Assembly (NCBI GenBank): GCA_934365155.1
Contig: CAKRMZ010000004.1
Location: 2,283-66,282 of the forward strand
DNA: 64,000 nucleotides
Origin: an uncultured Eubacteriales bacterium
Lineage (GTDB): Bacteria > Bacillota > Clostridia > Oscillospirales > CAG-272
Direction of reading: 5' to 3'
The translations under genes were made by a program, and so were the position numbers. Positions 1-8,708 of the stretch are shown here, one piece after another. Under the pieces are notes generated by a model, which saw only the letters and a list, made by a program, of their open reading frames with translations, was not told where the DNA came from and made no database searches. Within the stretch, counting starts at the first letter, position 1. Each line of letters opens with the position of its first letter.

Positions 1-575
1 TCACAACCGGGCTTGCAGTCCGGAGAGCCGCAGCCGTACTGCTCACCGCGGTCATAATAGATCTCGGAGCAAGGACCGCAGGGGCCGGGGCCGTGCTCCC
101 AGAAATTATCTTCTTTTCCGAGCGCAATCACCCGTTCGGCGGGCACGCCGATCTTTTCGGTCCAAATACGGAAAGCCTCTTTATCCCCTTCATAAATCGA
201 CGGCCATAAGCGATCGGCCGGAATCTCCAGGACCTTCGTCAAAAATTCCCATGCCATAGGCAATGCTTCTTCTTTGAAGTAATCGCCGAATGAAAAATTC
301 CCTAACATTTCAAAGTAGGTTCCGTGCCGCGCTGTTTTTCCGACACGGTCAATATCCGGCGTGCGGATACACTTTTGGCAGGTGGTAATCCGTTTACAAG
401 GCGGAGTTTCCTCTCCCGTAAAATATTTCTTCAAAGGTGCCATTCCGGAATTAATGAGCAAAAGACTTTTGTCACCGGACGGAACCAAAGAAAAGCTTTT
501 CAACCGCAGATGACCCTTCGATTCGAAATAGCTTAAAAATGATTCCCGCAAATCATTTAAAGACATCCATTTCAT
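1..575 (-). CDS. alaS: alanine--tRNA ligase, N-terminal part (gene continues past the window start)
   Basis: Absent from the ORF track because it is open at the window edge. Reverse translation from ATG at 573-575 gives [32 protein letters not shown]...[41 protein letters not shown]...[19 protein letters not shown], the class II AlaRS catalytic-core signature. Confidence 0.93.
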   Translation of the reverse strand, partial: MKWMSLNDLRESFLSYFESKGHLRLKSFSLVPSGDKSLLLINSGMAPLKKYFTGEETPPCKRITTCQKCIRTPDIDRVGKTARHGTYFEMLGNFSFGDYFKEEALPMAWEFLTKVLEIPADRLWPSIYEGDKEAFRIWTEKIGVPAERVIALGKEDNFWEHGPGPCGPCSEIYYDRGEQYGCGSPDCKPGC

Positions 576-856
576 ATTATAAATTCCCTTCATTTATCAA
601 AATTGCAAAAAGCAACATAAGAATACACATATACATCTATAATACTATTTATTAATTATAGCAAACAGCAGGAATGCAAGTCAACGAATATTTCAATTTT
701 TATTCTATGATTTTACAATCGGTCCCATTTTTTCCCGAAACAGATGAAAAACATACCGCAAAACCTCCTTTATCCCCCTCCGCTCGTTGCATAAAGTATC
801 CTGTTGCAACACCGCATATGAGCATTTTCTTTTCCGCTCAAAAAATGCGCTTTGGC

Positions 857-885
857 TTGACACAAATACCGTGATGTGATATGAT
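857..885 (+). promoter_or_regulatory. sigma-A type promoter for tRNA-Leu
   Basis: TTGACA (857-862), 17-nt spacer, TATGAT (880-885), about 40 nt upstream of the tRNA. Confidence 0.6.
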
Positions 886-926
886 TAAGGTTGATACAGT
901 AAGTAATTTGACGGCCTATCGGCTAT

Positions 927-1009
927 GCAGGTGTGGCGGAATGGTAGACGCGCTGGTCTTAGAAACCAGTATCTCCGATGTGCAAGTTCAAGTCTTGTCA
1001 CCTGCACCA
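927..1009 (+). tRNA. tRNA-Leu (anticodon UAG), long variable arm, encoded CCA
   Basis: Acceptor stem GCAGGTG/CACCTGC. Anticodon stem-loop CTGGT-CTTAGAA-ACCAG. Long variable arm, T-loop TTCAAGT, 3' CCA. Confidence 0.9.
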
Positions 1010-1017
1010 TAAAAGTC

Positions 1018-1047
1018 CCGGTTTTTCTCGCCGGAACCGATTTTTTT
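1018..1047 (+). terminator. weak intrinsic terminator after tRNA-Leu
   Basis: Short stem CGGTT/AACCG followed by a T7 run (1041-1047). Confidence 0.4.
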
Positions 1048-1100
1048 ACAGACCTCAAAAGTTGTATAAAAAATAATTTCAAAATATAATAAGGATAAGT

Positions 1101-2285
1101 GTGAAAAACATGAGCAACATCGTCTTTAATGAAAACCTCACCAGCTTAAAGCCCTCCGCTTCCATGACTTTCATGAAAAAAGCAGCTGATATGAAAGCAG
1201 CCGGCGTCAATGTCATGAACCTCTCAGGTGGCGAACCGGACTTTGACACTCCTGCAAAAATCACCTGCGCCGGAATTAAAGCTCTGACAGAGGGTGATAC
1301 CCATTACCGTGTCGGACAGGGCCTCCCCGCATTGCGCAGCCGCATTGCAAAGAAACTCCAAGAGGAAAACGGCATTTCCCTGCAGGACAATGAAATCCTG
1401 GTAACGCCGGGCGGAAAAACCGCAATTTATTTGTCGGTACGCGCTTTGGTAAACAAGGGTGATGAAGTTATCATTCTCAACCCCGCTTGGGTTTCCTATG
1501 AACCGATTGTTATCGCATCGGGCGGTACTCCGGTAAATGTGGAGCTCAAATACGACAACAACTATGACATCACGATGGAAGCATTGGAAAATGCCACCAC
1601 GGATAAAACCAAAATGCTTATCCTCAATTACCCCAACAACCCGACGGGCCGCATCCTCTCGAGAAAAGAGGCTGATGTCGTTGCTGCTTGGGCAAAGAAG
1701 CATGAGAATGTAGTTATTCTTTCCGACGAAGTATATGAAGCCATCATTTTTGACGGCAACAAGAATATCAGCATGGGCAGTTATTCGGAAATTGCCGACC
1801 GTGTTATCACCGTCAACAGCTTTTCCAAGAGTGTTGCCATGACCGGCTGGCGTATCGGCTATCTTGCCGCTCCCCGTTATATCATCGAAAAAGCTTACAA
1901 GCTTTATCAGCACTCTCTGACCTGCATGAGCGGATTTATTCAGCAGGCAGCTACTGTAGCACTCGACTGCCAGGCAGAGGTTGAAGAGATGAGAAAGAGC
2001 TACGAAATGCGTCGTGACATCTTTATCGGTGCATTAAATAAAATTCCGGGCGTTTCCTGCAGAATTCCGGAAGGCGCTTTCTATGCTTGGGTTAAAATTG
2101 ATAAAAACAATATGACCTCATTCGAGATCTGCGACTATCTGATTGAAGAAGCAAAAGTAGTCGGCGTACCCGGCGATTCTTACGGTTTCGGCGGAGAAAA
2201 GTGCATTCGTTTCTCCTTTGCAACCGATCTGAACGATCTGAAAGAGACTGTTAAGAGAATTGAAGTGGCTTTGGCAAAACTGTAA
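1101..2285 (+). CDS. class I/II PLP-dependent aminotransferase (aspartate aminotransferase-like)
   Basis: 394-aa ORF with the YPNNPTGR motif and the PLP-lysine motif SFSKSVAMTGWRIGY. The start could be GTG 1101 or ATG 1110. Confidence 0.85.
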   Translation: MKNMSNIVFNENLTSLKPSASMTFMKKAADMKAAGVNVMNLSGGEPDFDTPAKITCAGIKALTEGDTHYRVGQGLPALRSRIAKKLQEENGISLQDNEILVTPGGKTAIYLSVRALVNKGDEVIILNPAWVSYEPIVIASGGTPVNVELKYDNNYDITMEALENATTDKTKMLILNYPNNPTGRILSRKEADVVAAWAKKHENVVILSDEVYEAIIFDGNKNISMGSYSEIADRVITVNSFSKSVAMTGWRIGYLAAPRYIIEKAYKLYQHSLTCMSGFIQQAATVALDCQAEVEEMRKSYEMRRDIFIGALNKIPGVSCRIPEGAFYAWVKIDKNNMTSFEICDYLIEEAKVVGVPGDSYGFGGEKCIRFSFATDLNDLKETVKRIEVALAKL

Positions 2286-2315
2286 AATTCAAATAAAAAG
2301 AGGTATAGAGTAACA

Positions 2316-3002
2316 ATGAGTAACGTAGGTTGCAGAATTATTAAAGACTTCGACCGTCCGGATCGGGAATTGGTAGAAGCATTTCGCGGTCTTCCGGTTG
2401 CCAACATCGACGACGGAATGAACCGTACCGGCGCAATTGACGGCGCAATCCGCCCGATGAATAAAACTCCCCTTCTCGGCACGGCATTTACCGTTCGTGT
2501 TCCGGAGGGTGACAATCTGATGTTCCACAAGGCAATGGATCTCGCAAAACCCGGCGATGTTATCGTTATCGATGCCGGCGGAAACACCAAACGCGCCATC
2601 TTCGGTGAGATTATGACCACCTATTGCCAGTCCAGAGGAATTGCCGGACTGATTGTTGACGGAGCAATTCGTGATGCAGATGCACTCGAAAATATGAATT
2701 TCCCGGTTTATGCCAGAGCAAAAACCCCGAACGGTCCGTACAAAAACGGCCCCGGTGAGATTAATGTTCCGGTCAATATCGGCGGAAGAATCGTTTGCCC
2801 GGGTGACATTATCCTCGGTGACTATGACGGCGTAATTGTTATAAAACCCGAAAATGCAAAAGAGCTTGCGGAAAAAGCAAAAGCCGTTGAAGTAAAAGAA
2901 GCAAAAATTATGGAAACTATGCAAAAAGACGGTTCCTACAGCCGTCCTTGGGTGGATGAACTGATTGCTTCTCTCGGTTTTGATATCATCGAAAAGCTTT
3001 AA
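2316..3002 (+). CDS. RraA-family protein (HMG/CHA aldolase / oxaloacetate decarboxylase-like)
   Basis: 228 aa. Family pattern GDVIVIDAGG...AIFGEIMT...GIAGLIVDGAIRD...PVYAR. RBS AGAGG upstream. Confidence 0.8.
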   Translation: MSNVGCRIIKDFDRPDRELVEAFRGLPVANIDDGMNRTGAIDGAIRPMNKTPLLGTAFTVRVPEGDNLMFHKAMDLAKPGDVIVIDAGGNTKRAIFGEIMTTYCQSRGIAGLIVDGAIRDADALENMNFPVYARAKTPNGPYKNGPGEINVPVNIGGRIVCPGDIILGDYDGVIVIKPENAKELAEKAKAVEVKEAKIMETMQKDGSYSRPWVDELIASLGFDIIEKL

Positions 3003-3043
3003 GTTCATAAAATCCCTTTTTTGGATTTTCAAATTACTGATAT

Positions 3044-3080
3044 GAACGCTGTGCATTAAGCACAGCGTTCTTTATTATTT
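3044..3080 (+). terminator. intrinsic terminator
   Basis: GAACGCTGTGC-ATTAA-GCACAGCGTTC hairpin followed by a T-rich tail. Confidence 0.8.
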
Positions 3081-3111
3081 TAAACGTCATAAGAAAAATT
3101 CTTTCGGTCCC

Positions 3112-3141
3112 TTGACGGTAACATTGAATGTGTAGTATAAT
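3112..3141 (+). promoter_or_regulatory. sigma-A promoter of the marR-ABC operon
   Basis: TTGACG (3112-3117), 18-nt spacer, TATAAT (3136-3141). Confidence 0.7.
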
Positions 3142-3142
3142 A

Positions 3143-3182
3143 GGCTCATAAATTAGTTGCACATGCAACTAATTTATGAGCC
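3143..3182. promoter_or_regulatory. perfect 19-bp inverted repeat, candidate MarR operator
   Basis: GGCTCATAAATTAGTTGCA-ca-TGCAACTAATTTATGAGCC lies immediately after the -10 box and covers the expected transcription start. Confidence 0.65.
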
Positions 3183-3214
3183 TTTGAATTTTGTCTGAAA
3201 AGGAGCCCTATACC

Positions 3215-3652
3215 GTGCCGACTCTATCCGATCAAATTACAGCCATTCATCGCTTTGCCAGATCCTTCCGCGCTAAAATGCTCAGCGGGACCGAACTTTT
3301 GCCCCCACACATTCAGTATATTATTTTCATTTGCCGCGAGCCGGGTATTACCCAGGAAATGTTAGTGCGGCGGCTCAACATCGGAAAAAGCAATGTGACC
3401 CGACATCTGGCAACTTTGGAGGAAATCGGTTATCTCTATCGCCGTCCGTCGGAAGCAGACAAACGAATGCAGCTGGTCTACCCCACCGATAAGGCATTCT
3501 CGGTTCTTCCTTTGTGTCTTCAAATAGAACAGGACTGGAATCAAGCCTTAATCTCGATTTTTAATGAAAAAGAACAAAAATTACTTGACAATTTCATGTG
3601 CCGTTTAAACCAACAAGCCTTTGAAATTGTTCACGCAAATGAGGAAAATTAG
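3215..3652 (+). CDS. MarR-family transcriptional regulator
   Basis: Winged-helix pattern ...GITQEMLVRRLNIGKSNVTRHLATLEEIGYLYRRPSEADKRMQLVYPTDKA. Start moved from the track's TTG 3191 to in-frame GTG 3215, behind AGGAG at 3201-3205. Confidence 0.8.
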   Translation: MPTLSDQITAIHRFARSFRAKMLSGTELLPPHIQYIIFICREPGITQEMLVRRLNIGKSNVTRHLATLEEIGYLYRRPSEADKRMQLVYPTDKAFSVLPLCLQIEQDWNQALISIFNEKEQKLLDNFMCRLNQQAFEIVHANEEN

Positions 3653-3654
3653 AA

Positions 3655-5376
3655 ATGCGGTTTATTTTAAAATATCTGAAGCCCTATCGGCTATCGATTA
3701 TCCTTAGTCTGTGCGTCCGTTTTATCAGCGCCATCATGGATCTGGTTTTGCCCATGATTTTAGCCTTTTTGATCGACAGCATTGTGCCAAAAGGAAATCT
3801 TTATGAAATCCTTCTTTGGGGCCTTTTGATGATTTTTTGCAGCATTTCTGCATTTGTATCCGCCATCTATTCCAATCGGACGGCAGTTAAGGTATCCCGC
3901 GATGCAACCGAAAAAATGCGTTTTGATCTATTTGCACGCTGCATGAACCTGTCTCAGCAGCAAATCGATGCCATCGGGATTCCCTCTTTGGAAAGCCGCC
4001 TCAGCTCGGACACCTATCAAATTCACAATATGATTAACCAAATTCAGCGTATCGGCGTACGCGCCCCCATCTTATTTATCGGCGGAATTTTTATTACTTT
4101 GCTGATGGACTCTACACTGACCTTGATATTTATTGCCGCTGTTCCGTTTATTGCACTCTCCTCTTTTTTAATTTCCCGGCGCAGCATCCCTTTGCATTTC
4201 AGCGCCCGGCGCGCGGAAGATGAAATGGTAAGAGTCGTGCGGGAGAATGCGCAGGGAGTACGCATTATTAAAGCGCTTTCCAAGCAAGATTATGAAAAGC
4301 GCCGTTTTGACAAAGCCAATCAGCAATTAACCGATCGGGAATCTGCAGCCGGAATTACCATGGCGGCAAACAGTCCGATCATCAATCTGATTTTGAATCT
4401 GGGACTTTGCTGCATTATTTTGTTAGGTGCCCGGCAGGTGCAAATCGGGCAAACACAAACCGGCAAAATCATTGCCTTTTTAAATTATTTCACCATCATT
4501 TCCAACGCGACCCTCATGATTACCAAAGTATTTCTTACCTATACAAAAGGAATTGCCTCCTCCCACCGCATTGCGGAAATTGTGCAAATGCCGAAGGATT
4601 CCTGCAAACGCTGCCTTGAATACAAGACAGAAAACGAAAATCATTATCTGAGCTTTCATCATGTATCGTTTTCTTATGAAGGCAGCGCAAATACCCTCTC
4701 GGATATATCTTTTTCTATGGAAAAAGGAGAAACCTTAGGCATTATCGGTGCCACCGGGAGCGGAAAAACAACGCTTATCAGTCTGTTGATGCGATTCTGG
4801 GACATTGACCAAGGACAAATTCTGATAAACGGCACCGACATCCGCGCGATTCCTGCAGAACAATTGTTAAGAAAATTCGGCATTGTCATGCAAAACGATT
4901 TTATTTTTGCCGGCACAATCGAAGAAAATATTAACTTCTTTCGGAATTTATCCATGGAGCAAATTGTCCGCGCGGCAGAGATCGCGCAAGCAGCCCCCTT
5001 TATTGAAAACCTGAGCGATCGGTATGAGCATCTGCTCACCTCCAAAGGAACAAATATTTCAGGCGGACAACGGCAACGGATTTTAATCGCACGCGCCATT
5101 GCGGCAATGCCTGAAATTCTCATTCTCGACGATTCCTCCAGTGCGCTGGACTATAAAACCGACGCCGCACTTCGTACCGCATTGCAAAACGCCATGGGAA
5201 GTGAAATAACACAGATTATTATTGCCCAGCGAATCAGCTCCGTTATGAATGCCGATCGAATTATTGTCTTAGACCGGGGGCGCATTGCCGCGATCGGAAC
5301 GCACAGCGAGCTTCTAAGCTGCTCTGAAATTTACAGGGAAATCAGCAATTCCCAGTTGGGAGGGAGCGTCAATTGA
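3655..5376 (+). CDS. ABC exporter half-transporter (TMD-NBD), subunit with degenerate Walker B
   Basis: 573 aa with a 6-TM domain. Walker A GATGSGKTT, signature ISGGQRQR, Walker B ILILDDSSSALD (Asp where the catalytic Glu is expected). Confidence 0.9.
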   Translation: MRFILKYLKPYRLSIILSLCVRFISAIMDLVLPMILAFLIDSIVPKGNLYEILLWGLLMIFCSISAFVSAIYSNRTAVKVSRDATEKMRFDLFARCMNLSQQQIDAIGIPSLESRLSSDTYQIHNMINQIQRIGVRAPILFIGGIFITLLMDSTLTLIFIAAVPFIALSSFLISRRSIPLHFSARRAEDEMVRVVRENAQGVRIIKALSKQDYEKRRFDKANQQLTDRESAAGITMAANSPIINLILNLGLCCIILLGARQVQIGQTQTGKIIAFLNYFTIISNATLMITKVFLTYTKGIASSHRIAEIVQMPKDSCKRCLEYKTENENHYLSFHHVSFSYEGSANTLSDISFSMEKGETLGIIGATGSGKTTLISLLMRFWDIDQGQILINGTDIRAIPAEQLLRKFGIVMQNDFIFAGTIEENINFFRNLSMEQIVRAAEIAQAAPFIENLSDRYEHLLTSKGTNISGGQRQRILIARAIAAMPEILILDDSSSALDYKTDAALRTALQNAMGSEITQIIIAQRISSVMNADRIIVLDRGRIAAIGTHSELLSCSEIYREISNSQLGGSVN

Positions 5377-7163
5377 AACAACATAACCTAAGCACAAACA
5401 ATCAACCGCAGGCAAAAAAAAGAATCAACATCAAGCGTTCCACCCTAAAACGCATCTACCGGTATGTATTTCAATACAAATATACCCTGCTGATTGCGTT
5501 CGTACTGATGCTTTGCTCCAACCTTTTAGCGCTTGTCGGGCCAAAGCTTGCCGGATATGCCATTGACGCAATCGGCACACAGCCGGGAAACGTTCATTTT
5601 GCTCCGGTATTTCAATATGTGCTCATCATGCTCGGATGCTATATTTTATCCTCCGTGCTATCCTATATCCTTTCGCGCCTGATGATTCATCTCAGTCGCA
5701 AAATCACCTATACCCTGCGGCGGGAAGTATTTGAACATCTGATCACTTTGCCGGTAGGCTATTTTGACAAGAAGCAAACCGGAGAAATTGTCAGTCATCT
5801 TTCCTATGATATCAATACCATCAACGCATCCCTTTCCAGCGATCTTTTGCAATTTGCGACCAGCGCGATCACGGTTATCGTTTCCTTTTTAATGATGCTT
5901 TCCATTTCACCCGTTCTGTTAATTGTATTCGCCGGAACCATTCCTGCGCTGATATTCTTTACCCGATATCGCATAAAAAAGGTTCGACCTCTATTTAAAA
6001 AGCGTTCCGCGCTTCTCGGAATTTTAAACGGATACGGTGAAGAAATGCTCTCCGGACAAAAAATCATCTCTGCATATCACCGCGAAGAACAAGTCATCAC
6101 CGCATTTTCCGAAAAAAACACGGACGCGGTGGATGCGCATTACAACGCAGATTATCAGGGATCAGTTGCCGGACCGTCCACCACTCTGATTAACAATCTC
6201 ACACATTCCTTCATCAGCATTTTAGGCGCCGCTTTATATTTATGCGGAAAAATTACGCCCGGTAACATTTCCTCATTTTTGCTGTACTCCCGAAAATTTT
6301 CCGGGCCTATTAATGAAAGCGCCAACATTCTGAGTGATCTGCAATCCTCCATTGCAGCGGCAGAGCGTGTTTTCGCTTTGTTAGACGAAAAGAGCGAGCC
6401 GAAGGATGCTGCGGATGCCCGTATTTTAAGTTCCGTTGAGGGAGATGTAACATTCTCCGACATCAATTTCGGATATGATGCCGACAAAATCATTCTTCAC
6501 CATCTGAATTTTTCGGTACCTCCCGGAAAAACCGTTGCCATTGTCGGGCCGACCGGCGCCGGAAAAACCACTATTATCAATCTGCTCATGCGGTTTTATG
6601 ACCCAAACAGCGGTTGCATCCTGTTAGACGGGCAGGACATTTCCGTATTCACCCGCACCAGCCTGCGCCGCGCATACACCATGGTACTACAGGATACATG
6701 GCTCTTCGGCGGAACCGTCTTTGACAATATCGCCTACGGCAAAGAAAACGCCACAATGGAGGAAGTCGTCCGGGCAGCCAAAACGGCGCACATTCATTCG
6801 TTTATCGAAAGCCTGCCGGACGGATATCATACGGTCCTTCGAGAGGACGGCATCAACATATCCAAAGGACAAAAGCAACTACTGACCATCGCCCGGGCGA
6901 TGCTAGCCTCCACGCATATGCTGATTTTGGATGAGGCAACCTCCAATGTCGATTCCCGAACGGAAAAACAAATTCAAAATGCAATGCAAGCCCTCATGAA
7001 AGACAAAACCTGCTTTGTCATCGCGCATCGCCTTTCCACCGTGGAAAACGCCGATTGGATTTTAGTGGTACAAAACGGAGACATCGTCGAACAGGGAACC
7101 CACCAAACTCTGCTCAAGGCAAACGGCTTTTACGCATCTATTTATAATGCACAGTTTTCCTAA
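5373..7163 (+). CDS. ABC exporter half-transporter (TMD-NBD), subunit with consensus Walker B
   Basis: 596 aa. TTG start overlaps the upstream TGA (TTGA), with RBS GGGAGGGAG. Walker A GPTGAGKTT, non-consensus signature ISKGQKQL, Walker B LILDEATSNVD. Confidence 0.9.
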   Translation: MKQHNLSTNNQPQAKKRINIKRSTLKRIYRYVFQYKYTLLIAFVLMLCSNLLALVGPKLAGYAIDAIGTQPGNVHFAPVFQYVLIMLGCYILSSVLSYILSRLMIHLSRKITYTLRREVFEHLITLPVGYFDKKQTGEIVSHLSYDINTINASLSSDLLQFATSAITVIVSFLMMLSISPVLLIVFAGTIPALIFFTRYRIKKVRPLFKKRSALLGILNGYGEEMLSGQKIISAYHREEQVITAFSEKNTDAVDAHYNADYQGSVAGPSTTLINNLTHSFISILGAALYLCGKITPGNISSFLLYSRKFSGPINESANILSDLQSSIAAAERVFALLDEKSEPKDAADARILSSVEGDVTFSDINFGYDADKIILHHLNFSVPPGKTVAIVGPTGAGKTTIINLLMRFYDPNSGCILLDGQDISVFTRTSLRRAYTMVLQDTWLFGGTVFDNIAYGKENATMEEVVRAAKTAHIHSFIESLPDGYHTVLREDGINISKGQKQLLTIARAMLASTHMLILDEATSNVDSRTEKQIQNAMQALMKDKTCFVIAHRLSTVENADWILVVQNGDIVEQGTHQTLLKANGFYASIYNAQFS

Positions 7164-7202
7164 TAAAAAAACAGGCTCCGAGCATTCGGAACCTGTTTTT
7201 TT
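7164..7202. terminator. bidirectional intrinsic terminator
   Basis: A-run, then ACAGGCTCCG-agcatt-CGGAACCTGT, then T-run. It sits between convergent genes. Confidence 0.8.
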
Positions 7203-7203
7203 A

Positions 7204-8538
7204 TTAGGATACGATCGTACCGCGATCGCTTTCATTCAACGTTAAAATATCTAAAATTTCTCCGCTCACCGTGCCGACATAGATCAAATATTGCTTTCCC
7301 TCTTCGTTTTGTGCACAGAATTCATACGCATATTTTTCCGTTTGATTCTGTGGAATCACCGCCATGGCACGGGTCTGAATCGACAATTCACTGCTCACCG
7401 CCCCAGCGGCCTCATCGGAACTTACCGTCGGTTCCGATAGATCCCGTGCCCGATGGTTTTTCATATAGTCATAGGCATCAAACAAAGAAATTTTTCCCGT
7501 ATCCAGCATAACGCCGACCGTAATTCCGTCCGAATAGCATCGCACCGGTTCTCCGGCGGCATTCTTCATCTGATACACAAATCGGAAATTGATAATTCCG
7601 TCGCTGATTAAATAGTAGGAAACAACCATATCCTGAAAACCGAGCTTCAAAAGATAACTTTCGGCAATCGCCTGCGCAGAGGCTGCGTCCATACTGATTT
7701 TGCTCACCTTAACATATCTCGTCATACGCAGCGGATAGCCCCCATTAACGCTGACCTCTGCAGAAATATTCTTGCATGAATAGCGCTGCACTGCAATCTC
7801 CTCATCCAAGCGAACCTCTTTTCGCAGCGTCTTTGCCGTATCGCCCACCATCGCTTTCAACGTATTCTGTATCTCCTCGGCACTGACAATGGGAGATGAC
7901 TGAATGGTGGAATACGTACCCGGTGTCTCGGCATCGGAATACGGTCCGTCATAAATCAGTTTCGGGAAATCATAAAACAGAGAGGATTCGTCCGCGGCGG
8001 CAAAAATCTCTCCCGCCTGCTCATTCAAAAGCACCGCAAAATCCGATATGCTCCACCGCCCGCTGTAAATTTCCATGCGGCAATTCGATAACGTTTCCGA
8101 TAAAGCATCCGCATAGGAACACAACGTCTGCAACATCCGGCTTTCCTCCTGCGAAGCTCCGGAAACATTCTTTTTTATTAACGAAAGCGCATATTCGCCC
8201 GCCTGTGAAAAGAAACGCGAAACGTTCTCGCAACCGCTGCCGTCAAGATTTGAAATATCAAGACGAGCCAATGCAGCTTTACCCGTAGCAACCGCTGCAC
8301 TGAGGCGATACGTATTTTCAATCAGCAGCGAACTCGCCGTTTGATAACGGATATCTGCAAGAGAAACGCGAATCTGTTCGGCAGATTGTGCCAAATCATC
8401 CAATGCATTCATGTTGGCGGCAGTCTGTGTGTTCTGCAACTGACGGTCCTTGGCGGAAATTGCCACCGTGCAGAAAATGCACACCAAAGCGCAAAAAGCG
8501 GCCATAATGGAAATTGCTGTTTTTTGATTGGAATTCAT
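7204..8538 (-). CDS. ypeB: germination protein YpeB-like (N-terminal TM anchor, C-terminal PepSY-type domains)
   Basis: 444 aa. One N-terminal TM helix, a central ...FPKLIYDGPYSD motif as I remember it from YpeB proteins, and C-terminal repeated PepSY-like modules. Confidence 0.65.
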   Translation of the reverse strand: MNSNQKTAISIMAAFCALVCIFCTVAISAKDRQLQNTQTAANMNALDDLAQSAEQIRVSLADIRYQTASSLLIENTYRLSAAVATGKAALARLDISNLDGSGCENVSRFFSQAGEYALSLIKKNVSGASQEESRMLQTLCSYADALSETLSNCRMEIYSGRWSISDFAVLLNEQAGEIFAAADESSLFYDFPKLIYDGPYSDAETPGTYSTIQSSPIVSAEEIQNTLKAMVGDTAKTLRKEVRLDEEIAVQRYSCKNISAEVSVNGGYPLRMTRYVKVSKISMDAASAQAIAESYLLKLGFQDMVVSYYLISDGIINFRFVYQMKNAAGEPVRCYSDGITVGVMLDTGKISLFDAYDYMKNHRARDLSEPTVSSDEAAGAVSSELSIQTRAMAVIPQNQTEKYAYEFCAQNEEGKQYLIYVGTVSGEILDILTLNESDRGTIVS

Positions 8539-8635
8539 TGAATATGCCCCCCTTTTCCATAAAAATATTCCCGGCTTCCTTCCAAAATATACGAAAAAGG
8601 CAAAAACAATTTTATTGGATTGCTTTTCAAAGGCA

Positions 8636-8684
8636 TAAAAAACCTCCTATGGCGGAAATTCATCTGCCATAGGAGGTTTTTTTA
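8636..8684. terminator. bidirectional intrinsic terminator
   Basis: AACCTCCTATGGC...GCCATAGGAGGTT hairpin flanked by an A-run and a T-run. It ends the upstream four-gene operon. Confidence 0.85.
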
Positions 8685-8708
8685 TATCCGATCATTCGGA
8701 TTGATTTT

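Noticed and set aside
324-536. 70-aa plus-strand ORF from the track
   Set aside because: It lies entirely inside, and antisense to, the clearly recognisable alaS N-terminal coding region.
576-880. Possible T-box leader upstream of alaS
   Set aside because: I looked on the minus strand for the conserved T-box sequence (AANNNGGGTGGTACCGCG-like; CGCGGTACCACCC on the plus strand) and a specifier-hairpin layout. I found none.
1224-3056. Long minus-strand ORFs (1224-1913, 2180-2620, 2289-3056) in the track
   Set aside because: They are antisense shadows of the aminotransferase and RraA-like genes. They have no RBS and no recognisable motifs, and their composition is typical of reverse frames.
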